Notes under the pieces: model-generated
The model's database searches: none
The model's input: only the letters and a program-made list of their open reading frames with translations
Told to the model about the DNA's origin: nothing
Assembly: GCF_001194135.2 (NCBI RefSeq)
Contig: NC_069008.1
Coordinates: 15,032,211 to 15,091,301, forward strand
Source of the DNA: Octopus bimaculoides
Taxonomy: Eukaryota
Direction of reading: 5' to 3'
Length of the DNA: 59,091 bases
Translations under genes and position numbers: made by a program
Part shown: one piece after another, positions 26,899 through 39,760 of the stretch
Layout of the letters: each line of letters opens with the position of its first letter
Position numbering within the stretch: position 1 is the first letter of the stretch

Positions 26899-27124
26899 TT
26901 GAGTTGTCCGGAAAGTTCGTGCCGATTTCTAGTAGCTTACCTTTCGACTTATTTGCCATGAAACCATCTCAATTCTGGGAAGAGGGTATTTTCAAGTTAA
27001 AGGAAAGATGGAAACGCATTGTGCAACAAAATGGTTCATATTTGGTTGGTTAAAAATGTAATGGTCAATTTATTGACCTTTTTCTTTCCTTTAAAAATCG
27101 GCACGAACTTTCCGGACAACCCAA
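26899..27124 (+). mobile_element. Internally deleted mariner (MITE) with TA TSD
   Basis: TIRs TTGAGTTGTCCGGAAAGTTCGTGCCGATTT / AAATCGGCACGAACTTTCCGGACAACCCAA flanked by TA; FWEEGIFKLKERWKRIVQQNGSY remnant. Confidence 0.9.
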
Positions 27125-27231
27125 TACATTTAGATACTTTCAAAAATCCATAGTGATACCCATTAACATTTAATCAGATGTCATAAAGGGAGATAACAAG
27201 TGTCATCCACTGAAAGTATTACATATGAAAA

Positions 27232-27382
27232 TGCGCATGCGCAATACACGTACCTTCGTTTCTTGGCATCAGATTAGAAATGTTCGTCGCATGAATTTCT
27301 CTTCATCTCCTTTTAATTCATATCTCAACCAACACACACACAGTTTATAGTAACGCTGTCCGTATCAATAATTCACGTAAGT
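27232..27382 (+). promoter_or_regulatory. ZNF5 promoter motif, exon 1 and donor
   Basis: TGCGCATGCGCA at 27232-27243; donor at 27377; nearly identical to the ZNF3 module. Confidence 0.75.
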
Positions 27383-27471
27383 ATTAAACAACGAAAATAT
27401 TCAATCTTTTATCTTAAATATATGAGACGTTCGGTTTTTGAAATGTTGATTCTTTGTGTCTCTTCGGTCTT

Positions 27472-27797
27472 TTATGGAAGAGAGATATCCATGATTTGGC
27501 TGCTATTTCTAGCTATGGAAGAGAGATGTCCATGATTTGGCTGCTATTTCTAGCTATGGAAGAGAGATGTACATGATTTGGCTGCTATGGAAGAGAGATA
27601 TCCATGATTTGGCTGCTATTTGTAGCTATGGAAGAGAAATGTCGGTAATTTTTCAGGTTAACACCCGCACGATCTTCACTAGGGTGTTAGGGTTAGGGTC
27701 ACGGACGGAATTCCCAAACCCTAACCCCCTAGTGAAGATCGTGCTGGTGTTAATCTGAAAAATAACCGATTTGGCTGCTATTCCTAGTTATAGAAGC
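27472..27797 (+). repeat. Minisatellite (41-bp variant), ~5 copies, interrupted by a hairpin element (ZNF5)
   Basis: Units GATTTGGCTGCTATTTCTAGCTATGGAAGAGAGATGTCCAT; insertion at 27644-27767. Confidence 0.9.
27644..27767. mobile_element. 124-bp foldback MITE (51-bp arms, 47/51 identity)
   Basis: Manual arm alignment; GGTAA terminus; TTAGGG-like inner arm. Confidence 0.8.
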
Positions 27798-30006
27798 TAA
27801 AATAGAGATGTGGAAAATAATAATTATTACATGGTTAGAAAGTTAGCTGAAGGGAGATATATAAAGAGTTAGAAATCCAATGTTTAGTAGAGGGTTGGTG
27901 TTCTGTTGGTAAGGTGAAAGAAAGGCAGGAAGAGAGAGAAGAGGGCAGTTGTTTTGAGAGTGAGAGGCAAAGAATGGGAGAGTATTAGACTGCCTGCCAC
28001 ATTAGTGGAAGTGGGAGGTAAAGAGAAAGAGAGAGAAATGATAATGTGAAGAAAAATACTGACATGCTTAAAAAATTAGTTGAAAGAAAAAGAGAGCAGG
28101 AAATTTTAAACATATATTATTGGGACTGACAAGAAAATAACATCTTGGTCAAGTTTTTATGTCTTCTATTTATCTATCTATTCACATTGACAACTACATC
28201 GATGACTGGATGGAAGAAAGGAGGCTTATATTAGATATCATGTTAACAGTACTAGAGACTGAAAAATAGATTTTTGAATGAAAGTGAAATAACTAAGCAA
28301 AGTATATCTGTGGATAGTTATTACTTTTTCCTGCTATTTGTTATTCGAGCTTTGTATTGTCAGAGTATCCGGATACATCAGTGGCAAGCAAACTAGATAG
28401 GAATATGAAACAAAAATCTGAAATGCGATGAAAATATTCTTGGTTGGCAAATAACTTAGACTAAACTTTGTTACTGAAAGCTATAATAATGATGATGATG
28501 ATGATGATGGTGGTGGTAGTGGTGAGTAGATACTTAGTTTTCTTTTCATTGAACTTAATAATTTGTAGATGGAATCTTAAAGGAGCCTATCATATAAATA
28601 GATATATGTGTGTGTTTGTGTTCATTCACATCATATTATAGTTGTAGATAAGTGCACTATTATATGGACAGTGTCATTCTTTTTCAATTGTCTGTGTAAA
28701 CATGTTATGAGAGAATATTACTTTGCTCGGAATCAGGTAAGGATTTGACCCATGCAGGCATTAAAAGTTACACAGTAAAATGGTGATGATGATGATTATG
28801 ACATTCTGGAAAAGGACTTGCTAAGAAAAACTCCTCCATAAATGAAATATAATTATCGTCAATATTATGATTTGAAAAAGTATTTTTCCATGCTTGCTCG
28901 GCTCAGACAGAATTCATAGACGTAGAATTGTTATGGGCAGATGTCCTTCTTGTCACCAGTCCTCAAGCAAGGTAATATTTCACCGTATCCTGACATGTTT
29001 CCATGGAAGACTGGGATCAAATGACATGTTGATTCTTGTTTATATCTATCAGGGGATGTCAGACCAAGAACACACACACATGCCACTGATGCTATTGTAA
29101 GAGACACTTGTTGAAGGTACTGCACTGTGGTTGAGAATCAAACTTCTTAACCACTGCCAGGCCAATTACATTTTTTTTTATTAATTCATTCGGCTGTCTT
29201 TTCTTCATTCATCAATGTTTATTTTTGTTTGAATAGTAATAAAAACTGTAGGCCCTGTTTAAACAACTTCATTGTGATTACAGCTCTCTGTGGCCTTAAA
29301 TATTGAAAATGTAGTCCTAGATATACAATGCTATTGAAAAAAACAGGATGTTCACGGATTGGATGTCTTTAATCATATGTATACTGGGCCACAACTGATC
29401 TGCAGCTAAACAACGTCAAATTATATTTCTTAAAAGAGAAGAATGTTATTATTTGCTATTCTGCAGTTTAATCTAAATAATATTACACAATGTGAAGGTG
29501 TAGCTCTGGTTTACAAATATGTAAGCTACACAGAAGATTCAGTGATGTAAATTTTAATACATTAAAAAGTTCAGTTGTTCAGGTAAATGTTTATTTATCA
29601 AGTTTATTTATATAAATGTTGTAAATTTTCCACTATTGAATCTGTATTTTGAAAGCAGCCTCTTTATCTTACACTGTTGTTTCTTTATTTCAGATGGCAT
29701 TGGTATAACAGAAGATATATTCTCAATATTTATCATCTTTTAAAACTGAAAGAAAATTATGTACAAAGTAGATATATAACAGTATTTCAATAAATCTGTT
29801 GTCGATTTCTGTGAAGTATTTGTTCTAATTTGATATCATAAGCAAAATTTCTGCACATCTGACTGGAGTGCTGAGCAGACTTCGATACATTTACATAAGT
29901 GTTACTAGAGAAGGGAAACAGTGGACAGAAGTGGAAGTATTTCTAAGATTAAACAAGAAGAAAAACAAGGAATGTATATTTATATTGTGATTTGAGAAAA
30001 ATAACA

Positions 30007-31482
30007 ATGGAAAAGATTGAGAAAATTATAGAAATACATACAGGAGAAAAACTACATCACTGTGATGTCTGTGCTAAATCATTCTCTGATAATGATGACT
30101 TAACTAAACACAAACGTATTCATTCAGAAGAAAAACCTTATCATTGTGATATCTGTGGTAAATCAGCCTCTCGAAATAGTGACTTAACTAAACACAAACG
30201 TCTTCATTCAGGAGAGAAGCCATATCACTGTGATGTCTGTGGTAAATCATTCACTCAAAGTAGTACCTTGACTTCACACATACGTATTCATACAGGAGAG
30301 AAGCCATATCACTGTGATATCTGTGGTAAATCATTCTCTCAAAATGGTGCTCTAATTAAACACAAACGTATTCATACAGGAGAGAAACCATACCATTGTG
30401 ATATCTGTGGTAAATCATTCATTGAAAGTGGTAAATTAACTGCACACAAGCGTACTCATACAGGAGAGAAGCCATGTCATTGTGATGTCTGTGGTAAATC
30501 ATTTTCTGACAGTAGCCATTTAACTGCACACGTACGTATTCATACAGGAGAGAAACCCTATAATTGTGATATCTGTGGTAAGTCATTCTCTCGAAATAAT
30601 GACTTAACTATACACAGACGTATTCATTCAGGAGAAAGACCATATCAGTGTGATATTTGTGGTAAATCATTCTCTCAAAGTTATAGTGTAACTTCACACA
30701 AACGTACTCATACAGGAGAGAAGCCATATCATTGTGATATCTGCGGTAAATCATTCTTTGAAGGTAGTATATTAACTGCACACAAGCGTATTCATACTGG
30801 TGAGAAGCCATATCACTGTGATATCTGTGGTAAATCTTTCATCCGCAGTAATGACACAACTAGACATAAACGTATTCATACAGGTGTGAAGCCATATCAT
30901 TGTGATATCTGTGGTAAATCTTTCATTGAAAGTGGTATATTAACTGCACACAAGCGTATTCATACAGGAGAAAAGCCATATCACTGTGATATCTGTGGTA
31001 AATCTTTCATCCGCAGTAATGACATAACTAGACACAAGCGTATTCATACAGGAGTGAAACCATATCATTGTGCTATCTGTGGTAAATCATTCATTGCAAG
31101 TGGTAAATTAACTGCACACAAGCGTATTCATACAGTGGAGAAGCCATATCATTGTGATATCTGTGGTAAATCTTTCATCTGCAGTCATGACATAACTAGA
31201 CACAAGCGTATTCATACAGGAGTGAAACCATATCATTGTGATATCTGTGGTAAATCTTTCATCTGCAGTAATGACATAACTAGACACAAGCGTATTCATA
31301 CAGGAGTGAAACCATATCATTGTGCTATCTGTGGTAAATCATTCATTGCAAGTGGTAAATTAACTGCACACAAGCGTATTCATACAGTGGAGAAACCATA
31401 TCACTGCGATATCTGTGGTAAATCTTTCATCCGCAGTAATGACTTAACAAGACACAGACGTATTCACACAGGAGAGAAGTGA
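30007..31482 (+). CDS. C2H2 zinc-finger protein ZNF5 (17 fingers, truncated by an 11-bp deletion)
   Basis: Tandem C2H2 ORF; ATG at 30007; paralog of ZNF8 and ZNF3. Confidence 0.92.
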   Translation: MEKIEKIIEIHTGEKLHHCDVCAKSFSDNDDLTKHKRIHSEEKPYHCDICGKSASRNSDLTKHKRLHSGEKPYHCDVCGKSFTQSSTLTSHIRIHTGEKPYHCDICGKSFSQNGALIKHKRIHTGEKPYHCDICGKSFIESGKLTAHKRTHTGEKPCHCDVCGKSFSDSSHLTAHVRIHTGEKPYNCDICGKSFSRNNDLTIHRRIHSGERPYQCDICGKSFSQSYSVTSHKRTHTGEKPYHCDICGKSFFEGSILTAHKRIHTGEKPYHCDICGKSFIRSNDTTRHKRIHTGVKPYHCDICGKSFIESGILTAHKRIHTGEKPYHCDICGKSFIRSNDITRHKRIHTGVKPYHCAICGKSFIASGKLTAHKRIHTVEKPYHCDICGKSFICSHDITRHKRIHTGVKPYHCDICGKSFICSNDITRHKRIHTGVKPYHCAICGKSFIASGKLTAHKRIHTVEKPYHCDICGKSFIRSNDLTRHRRIHTGEK

Positions 31483-31882
<400 letters not shown>

Positions 31883-32071
31883 TAATTTCTAATTGTTTCT
31901 TCTGTTAACTTCTTTTTCTTAATATTCCTGTTTGTCATGTAATGGAAATTACAATTCTGAAAATAAAGTATTTCCAAAAATTCCAGTTTTCTATTTTGTC
32001 TTTCATACCTTTTCACACAAGCCTCACTTCCATGCTCCTTTCATTTCCCATGATATAGGGATCTCTATACT

Positions 32072-32648
32072 NNNNNNNNNNNNNNNNNNNNNNNNNNNNN
32101 NNNNNNNNNNNNNNNNNNNNNNNNNNNNNNNNNNNNNNNNNNNNNNNNNNNNNNNNNNNNNNNNNNNNNNNNNNNNNNNNNNNNNNNNNNNNNNNNNNNN
32201 NNNNNNNNNNNNNNNNNNNNNNNNNNNNNNNNNNNNNNNNNNNNNNNNNNNNNNNNNNNNNNNNNNNNNNNNNNNNNNNNNNNNNNNNNNNNNNNNNNNN
32301 NNNNNNNNNNNNNNNNNNNNNNNNNNNNNNNNNNNNNNNNNNNNNNNNNNNNNNNNNNNNNNNNNNNNNNNNNNNNNNNNNNNNNNNNNNNNNNNNNNNN
32401 NNNNNNNNNNNNNNNNNNNNNNNNNNNNNNNNNNNNNNNNNNNNNNNNNNNNNNNNNNNNNNNNNNNNNNNNNNNNNNNNNNNNNNNNNNNNNNNNNNNN
32501 NNNNNNNNNNNNNNNNNNNNNNNNNNNNNNNNNNNNNNNNNNNNNNNNNNNNNNNNNNNNNNNNNNNNNNNNNNNNNNNNNNNNNNNNNNNNNNNNNNNN
32601 NNNNNNNNNNNNNNNNNNNNNNNNNNNNNNNNNNNNNNNNNNNNNNNN
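32072..32648. other. Assembly gap (N run)
   Basis: 577 N; other gaps at 2013-2022 and 33914-34098. Confidence 1.
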
Positions 32649-33187
32649 GTATTTGAGGACCCTTTTTTCCACCTTGTTTCACATTTATGTGCTTACTCCG
32701 GTATATATACACACACACATATATATATATATATATACGTAGACACTTACATCTGCATACATACATGTGTACATATGTATGTATGAAAAGACTTCATACT
32801 GTGACACCGGTTTCTTTTGTCAGCCAGCCCAACTGGCAATGTGCTAATCTGTGGCAAGGCTCAAGAGTCATATAAGGGACTCACATAGCATTATCAATGA
32901 CTCATATCAATGATTTTTTTTTTCTAGCAATAGCTTTGCGCGAATACGAGAAAGCGGATACTCTGTGTGTGTGTGTGTGTGTGTGCGTGTGTAAATATAT
33001 ATTTATGCATGAATGTTTCTGTACATATATTCGTGTGTACATGTGTACTCTTTATTCGCATGATAAAGAAGTCTTCTCGTATATTTAACCCAGAGATGTT
33101 ATGATGAGATGCAGACGACGTAAAGACCGACATGAAACATTAAGGGAGGTAACAAACGTTTCCTGCTGAAAACATCGAGTTCAAAAA

Positions 33188-33367
33188 TGCGCACGCGCAC
33201 GCGCACTATGCGCACTTCTATTTCCATTTTGGCATCGAATTATTTACGTCCGTTGCTTGAATTTATGAATACATTTATAATACTTTGTAATACACTCTTC
33301 TAATACATTGTTCACCTACCTCACTTGCTTGCAACAACTCTATCCTTTATAAAACATTGCCGTAAGT
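33188..33367 (+). promoter_or_regulatory. ZNF6 promoter motif (triplicated hexamer), exon 1 and donor
   Basis: TGCGCACGCGCACGCGCA at 33188-33205 plus TGCGCA at 33209; donor at 33362. Confidence 0.7.
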
Positions 33368-33472
33368 ATTAAACAATGAAAATATTCAGTCTTTCTAATT
33401 CTATAGGCTTTCGATATTTGACGTCTCGATTCTTTGTGCTTCTTCTATCTTATATGAATGAATGATGCCGTC

Positions 33473-34350
33473 TATGATTTGTGCGGGATTGGGTTGCTAT
33501 TCCTAACTATGGAAGAGAGGTGTCTATGATTTGTGCGAGATTTGGCTGCCACTTCTAGCTATGGAAGAGAGATGTCGGTCAATGTTGACATTATTACTCG
33601 GAAACGAAATCGAAAAAAAAAAACAGTGCATCGGGTGTAAAAAAAATGGAAACGAATATGAAAATAAAAGTGCGCGGAAAGCAATGGGGGATGCGGAGAG
33701 GATTTCGGAAAATTCACAAGATTCGTGTTTTTTCCCTAATAACTTTTATGAAGGTGGGTTTTTTTTTTTTACATGAAATTTTATATTAATACCTTTCAAA
33801 CGGCATACGTTACGATTATAATTTGTGGGTAAAATCTTTTCCGAGGGGTGGGGAGAGGACTTCGGAACCCACAAATTTTGTTATGATCGTAATGTATGCC
33901 GTTTGAAAGGTATNNNNNNNNNNNNNNNNNNNNNNNNNNNNNNNNNNNNNNNNNNNNNNNNNNNNNNNNNNNNNNNNNNNNNNNNNNNNNNNNNNNNNNN
34001 NNNNNNNNNNNNNNNNNNNNNNNNNNNNNNNNNNNNNNNNNNNNNNNNNNNNNNNNNNNNNNNNNNNNNNNNNNNNNNNNNNNNNNNNNNNNNNNNNNCC
34101 CCCCCCCCAAAAAAACATTTTCCTAAAAGTTGTGAGAGAAAAACTCGGGTCTTGTGAATTTTCCGAAGTCCTTCCCCCACCTCTGTTGCTTTCCGTGCAT
34201 TTTTGTTTTCATATTCGTTTCCTGCTTCCCCCTTTTTTTTCCCACCCGTTGCACTATATTTTTTTCGATTTCGTTTCCGGGTAATAATGTCAACATTAAC
34301 TGAGATGTCTGATTTGTGCGACAGTTGGCTCCTATTTCTAGCAATGGAGG
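33473..34350 (+). repeat. Minisatellite, ~3 copies, split by a MITE (ZNF6)
   Basis: Units at 33473-33576 and 34302-34350 flank the inserted palindrome. Confidence 0.85.
33577..34301. mobile_element. Palindromic MITE with 8-bp TSD GAGATGTC (Merlin-like)
   Basis: ~200-bp arms; TSD at 33569-33576 and 34302-34309; inner hairpin 33790-33913; contains an N gap. Confidence 0.85.
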
Positions 34351-34412
34351 CTACCTTTTACATTCCCCATCGTTGCCGCGTTAGTTTCTTGTGCGTTTTA
34401 GTTTGAGAAATA

Positions 34413-34695
34413 GGCACTGCTTAAATACATAGTTCTCGATGCATCGACTTAACGATGTTTTTACAGGGCACACTCACTAGGGTTAGGGGTTAGGATTACG
34501 TAGATGCATCGGGACCTCTGTATTTAAGTAGTCATCATCATCGTTTAACGTCCGCTTTCCATGCTAGCATGGGTTGGACGACTTGACTGAGGACTGGTGA
34601 AACCGGATGGCAACACCAGGCTCCAATCTAAATTTGGCAGAGTTTCTACAGCTGGATGCCCTTCCTAACGCCAACCACTCAGAGAGTGTAGTACC
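34413..34695. mobile_element. Small MITE (GGCAC...GTACC, TSD GAGAAATA) with a nested retroposon
   Basis: TSD at 34405-34412 and 34696-34703; arms ACT(G/A)CTTAAATACA...GATGCATC; retroposon 34533-34692 sits inside the right arm. Confidence 0.8.
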
Positions 34696-34974
34696 GAGAA
34701 ATATTCTCACTTCAACCACTGAAATGTTCAGAAACCGATACTCTACTATAATTTATCGAATGTTTGTTTCTTGATATAACTACCGATGTATGCACAACCC
34801 ATTAATAATTAATTTCCTCATAACTTTCTGAATAAAGGATGTTTCAATTAAATTTTCTGGAAATACTTTTCAGGTAATGTAGATAACGATTATTTGGTAA
34901 TTTGTTCTGAAAATATAATGCGTGGTGGAGGTTATTCATAATTCATACACTTCAACTTTGTTTCCTCATTATCA

Positions 34975-35326
34975 TCTAATGTGACAGAAGCTACCATCAT
35001 CACTGGAAGTGCCTCTGGGGAAGAGGTTTTCATTCCAACAATTCCAATCAACAGATTTGTCATTTGAGGTAGAATTTCCAGTGCAACTTTGCTTTGCAAT
35101 GTTTATTAATAAAGCTCAAGATCTGTCTTTGAAATCTACTGGTTTGCTTTTCTCATGGTCAACTTTGTTAGTTACTCCAGAGTAGGTAGTTTGCAAGACT
35201 TATTTGTCTATGCTCCAAACCAGAAAACAATGAATGTTGTTTACTCAGAAACTCTTACGTAGTTTCCTTCAACATATGCGGTAGAATTTATTTCCTTTCA
35301 TAAAAGTGGTTAATTTTGTATTTTCA

Positions 35327-35360
<34 letters not shown>

Positions 35361-35516
35361 GTATTATGAATTCAGAATTAATTTCCCAATTAAAAAATAA
35401 ATTATATCTCAATTGAAGAATAAATTGAATTTAGAATAACAAATTTCTATACAACATATTTTGCTTTTTTCTTCCAATATATTTCATTCATGGACAACGT
35501 CAGGTGTCTCTGCTAG
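34975..35516 (+). mobile_element. Helitron 3' remnant (PIF1 helicase C-terminus and CTAG end)
   Basis: IITGSASGEEVFIP, FPVQLCFAM-INKAQ, FSHGQL, SRVG, LFVYAP, NVVYSE; ends GGACAACGTCAGGTGTCTCTGCTAG|T. Confidence 0.85.
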
Positions 35517-36007
35517 TAAGTTAAAAAGTTCAGTTGTGAGGTAAATGTTTATTTCTACAGTTCATCTCTATAGACTTGTTGTAGATTTTCCACTGTTTAA
35601 TCTGTATTTTTAAAGTAACCTCTATATCTTTCACTGTTGTTTCTTTATTATTTCAGAATATCAGATGACATTTGGGATACCAAGAGATACATGCTCCTTA
35701 TCTACCATCTTTTGAAGACTGAAGAAAAATGTTATACAGAACAGATATATAACACTGTTTCTATAAATGTATGGCAGAATTACTGTGAAATATTTACTCT
35801 GAACTGTGATTATTAGCAAAATGTGTACTACACTGATTGGAGTGTCTACAAGATGAGATTGTGTAAACTAAACTTGAATAAATTTACAAGAGTTCTTAGA
35901 CAAGGGTAACACTAGACAAAAATACAGCAGTATAAATAATTTTAAAGAATAAAGTATAAGAACAAAAGCAAGAAAAATATATGCATTGTGATTTGAGAAG
36001 GTAAATA

Positions 36008-37081
36008 ATGGAAAAGAGTGAGAAACCTGAGGAAATGATTTGTCCTGAAGGTACGATAAAAGAGAAAAGTAAATTGTCATACGACTGTGATATGTGTAAA
36101 AAGTCATTCTCTCAAAAAGGTAACCTAAATACTCACAAACGTATTCATACAGGAGAGAAGCCATATCATTGTGATATTTGTGGTAAATCATTCACTGGAA
36201 GTATTGACTTAACTAGGCATATACGCATTCATACAGGAGAAAAACCATATTATTGTGATATTTGTGGTAAATCCTTCTCTCAAAGTGTTGTCTTAACTAC
36301 ACACAAACGTATTCATACAGGAGAGAAGCCATATCACTGTGATATCTGTGGTAAATCATTCTCTCGAAGTTATCATGTCACTTCTCACAAACGTATTCAT
36401 ACAGGGGAGAAGCCCTATTGTTGTGATATCTGTGGTAAATCATTCTCTGAAAGTAGTGTCTTGACTAAACACAAACATATTCATACAGGAGAGAAGTCAT
36501 ATCGCTGTGATATCTGTGGTAAATCATTCTCTCTAAGTAACCACTTAGCTGATCACAAAAGTATTCATACAGAGGAAAAGAGATATCTCTGTGACATCTG
36601 TGGTAAATCATTCTCTGTATGTAATCACTTAGCTGATCATAAAAGGAGTCACACTGGAGAGAAGAGGTATCTCTGTGACATCTGTGGTAAATCATTCTCT
36701 GAATGTAGTGCATTGACTAGACACAGCCGTATTCACACAGGAGAGAAGCCATTTCATTGTGATATCTGTGGTAAATCATTCTGCAGAAGTAGTGACTTTA
36801 CTAAACACAAACGTATTCATTCAGGAGAGAAGCCATATCACTGTAATATCTGTAATAAATCATTCTCTCAAGGTAATAACTTAGCTAAACACATATATAT
36901 TCATACAGGAGAGAAGCCATATCACTGTGATATCTGTGCTAAATCGTTCTCCACAAGTAGTGCCTTGACTTCTCACAAACGTGTTCACACAGGGGAAAAG
37001 CCATATCACTGTGATATTTGTGGCAAATCATTCTCTCAAAACAGTGACTTAACTAAACACAGACGTATTCATACAAGATAA
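36008..37081 (+). CDS. C2H2 zinc-finger protein ZNF6 (12 fingers)
   Basis: Tandem C2H2 ORF with leader [15 protein letters not shown]; paralog of ZNF4. Confidence 0.93.
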   Translation: MEKSEKPEEMICPEGTIKEKSKLSYDCDMCKKSFSQKGNLNTHKRIHTGEKPYHCDICGKSFTGSIDLTRHIRIHTGEKPYYCDICGKSFSQSVVLTTHKRIHTGEKPYHCDICGKSFSRSYHVTSHKRIHTGEKPYCCDICGKSFSESSVLTKHKHIHTGEKSYRCDICGKSFSLSNHLADHKSIHTEEKRYLCDICGKSFSVCNHLADHKRSHTGEKRYLCDICGKSFSECSALTRHSRIHTGEKPFHCDICGKSFCRSSDFTKHKRIHSGEKPYHCNICNKSFSQGNNLAKHIYIHTGEKPYHCDICAKSFSTSSALTSHKRVHTGEKPYHCDICGKSFSQNSDLTKHRRIHTR

Positions 37082-39184
37082 AAGCCATACCATTGTGATA
37101 TCTATGGCACATCATTCTCTGGAAGTCTTCAATTAGCTAAATGCAAACATATTCTTAGAGGAGAGAAACCATGTCACTGATGTATATGGTAAATCTTTCA
37201 CTGAAAGTAGCTTCTTATGTAGGCATGTATATATTCATATACAAGTATAACTATATCAATGTAAAAGTTCATAGCAACAACAAATATTTTAATTTTTACC
37301 TATAATGTGAATAGCCTTGTGGGTTTTAATCACATCAATAACTGACACATTGTGGCACTGTATTTTGTGCTGTCATTTACAGCTGGTTGACCCTTCTTGA
37401 TGCAACACACTTTAGTTATCTCCCACAGCATACCGTGATATAGATTTTGGCTAAAATTCCTCTATAAGATAAAAAATTACCCATCTGTATCTGTAAATGT
37501 ATTCATGTAAAAAAGGAGATACAACAGTGTGTGGTAACTGCCTCCCAATACTACATTTTATTTCACTACGGCTATATTTTCATAGGTGAGATAACTTATC
37601 TCTGGGATATTTTTAATAAAAGCAATTTCTTCTCGCTTTTGAATTCGTTTTGAAAAAATATTGATCTGAAACTAATGTTGTTATATTTGGGAAAAGCTAT
37701 AATTAATAAAGTCTAATACTGTTTTTTTTTTCATTTATTAATTTTTTTTTTAAAGCGGTTGATGTTTATGTCCCACAAAATATTTATCATCACACTGATC
37801 TAATGGTGTGGTGAAATACATTTCTGGAACATCATCATCATAATCATTTAACATCAGTTTTCTATGCTGGCATGGGTTGGCCTGTTTGACCAGAGCTGTA
37901 AAGGCCAGGGGTCGCACCAGGCCTCATTGCCTGTTCTGATATGGTTTCTAACGGTTCCATGCCCTTCCTCACACCAGCCACTCAACAGAGTGTACTGGGT
38001 GCTTTTATGTGAGACCAACCCCTGTGCTTTTTATGTGGCATTAACACCAATATCAACTCTGCTGTGGTGGGCAAGTCTTGAGTACAACAATGTGCCAACT
38101 GCTTCTGAGAAAGTAGTAAAATATAAGACAAGTGAAAACCAGTCAGTGTCCTTTGTAGACCTTATGAATTGATTCCTCTTATATTTAACAGTATTTTTCA
38201 GAATTATTGTCAACACTTAACATCCGTTGTCCATGCTGGCATAGGTCGGATGGTTTGACCAGGGCTGGCAAGCTGAGGGGCTGCACTAGACTCCGGTCTG
38301 GTTTGGCATGGTTTCTATGGCTGGATGCCCTTCCTAATGCCAACCACTCCGAAAATGTAATGGGTGCTTTACGTACCACTGGCACAGGTACCAGTTGCAT
38401 GACACCAGTATGTAACACATTTATGGAAATAAAAGATTTCTTCCTATCATATGTGTGTGCATGCACACATACACACTCAATAGATATGTTTGTGTGTATT
38501 TACAACATAAATAGGCACAGGCATATCTTCTCAAAGACAAGATTTTGGTTTCAGTATCTCTACATGTTAGCTTGGACATATACATCCATTACACTGTAAA
38601 ATGGTTAGTATTACGAAGGTCATTCAGCCATAGAAACATACCAAAGAGCTTGGTGCAGTCTTCTGGCTCAGCAGCTCCTTAGAAACTGTCCAATACATGC
38701 CAGCATAGAAATCAGGCATCAAATGATGATGATATGTGTATATATATATAAAATTAAATAGGTATCATGACTATTGTTAATAATAATGATAATAATAAAG
38801 TGGCTTGTAAATTTATATATTTATAGGTAAAAATACAAACAAAATTCAGTAGGGTATTAAAATATCACTTACTAAACAAAGCTATCTAAAACCACAAATT
38901 ATTCACTATTAAAATACACACGGTGGATGCAACAAACATAACAGAAATAGGCTTACCTTGTATGAACTACAGAAATAAGGAATGTGTATATTCCGGGATC
39001 AATTGATTTTATTTTCTGTATGATAAACATACTCAAGGCTCTTCAGCCAGACTTAACACAAAACGTTTATTTTTGAAATATTCATTACATTACACTGTGT
39101 GCATTCTTTCATTTGAATGCCCCTGCGACATTCAAAAATTAACATAACACGAGCCAGTACATATAAAATTAAATAGGTATCATT

Positions 39185-39760
39185 ACCTAGCAAGAAAGCA
39201 GGAAAATGGCCCTGCTCAATATGTAGGAAAGGAGTGAGAACTAATTCCATTTGCTGCACCAAGTGGGAGCTATGGATGCATAAGAGAGGCATTGGAATCT
39301 CAGGTAGGTTAACAGACAAGGTCACTTTCGTGCGTGGTAGATGCGCTGGAACAATAAGCCTGAAGTGCATGAAGGACTTAGATTCTATCAAATGTCCAGG
39401 ATGCTTTCTTAAGTTAGTAGATAGTTTCTGCTACTAAGGTGACCAAATTAGTAATGGTGGTAGATGCTATGAAAGTATTGTTTCTAGAATAAGATGGAGG
39501 AAGTTCAGAGAGTGACTGACTACCTACCTTTGTTGATAACAAAAGGATTCTGTCTCAGAGTGAAAGATTGTATGATGCTTGTGTGAGAATGGCTATACTA
39601 CATGGTAGTGAAACATGAGCTTTGAATGTGGATAACATGCATAGACTGGAGAGGAAGGAAGGTAGTATGCTCTGTTGGATTTGCAACATCAGTGTGTGTG
39701 ACTGACAAAGCACAACTGTGTTGAGAGGAAAGTTGGGCATGAGAGTGACACAACTGCAAA
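39185..39760 (+). mobile_element. RTE LINE fragment (post-RT region)
   Basis: WPCSICRKGV-NSICCTKWELWMHKR; homologous to 10140-10660; a partial duplicate lies at 40235-40440. Confidence 0.75.

Noticed and set aside
31932-34180. Long ORFs containing X runs
   Set aside because: Artefacts of N gaps.
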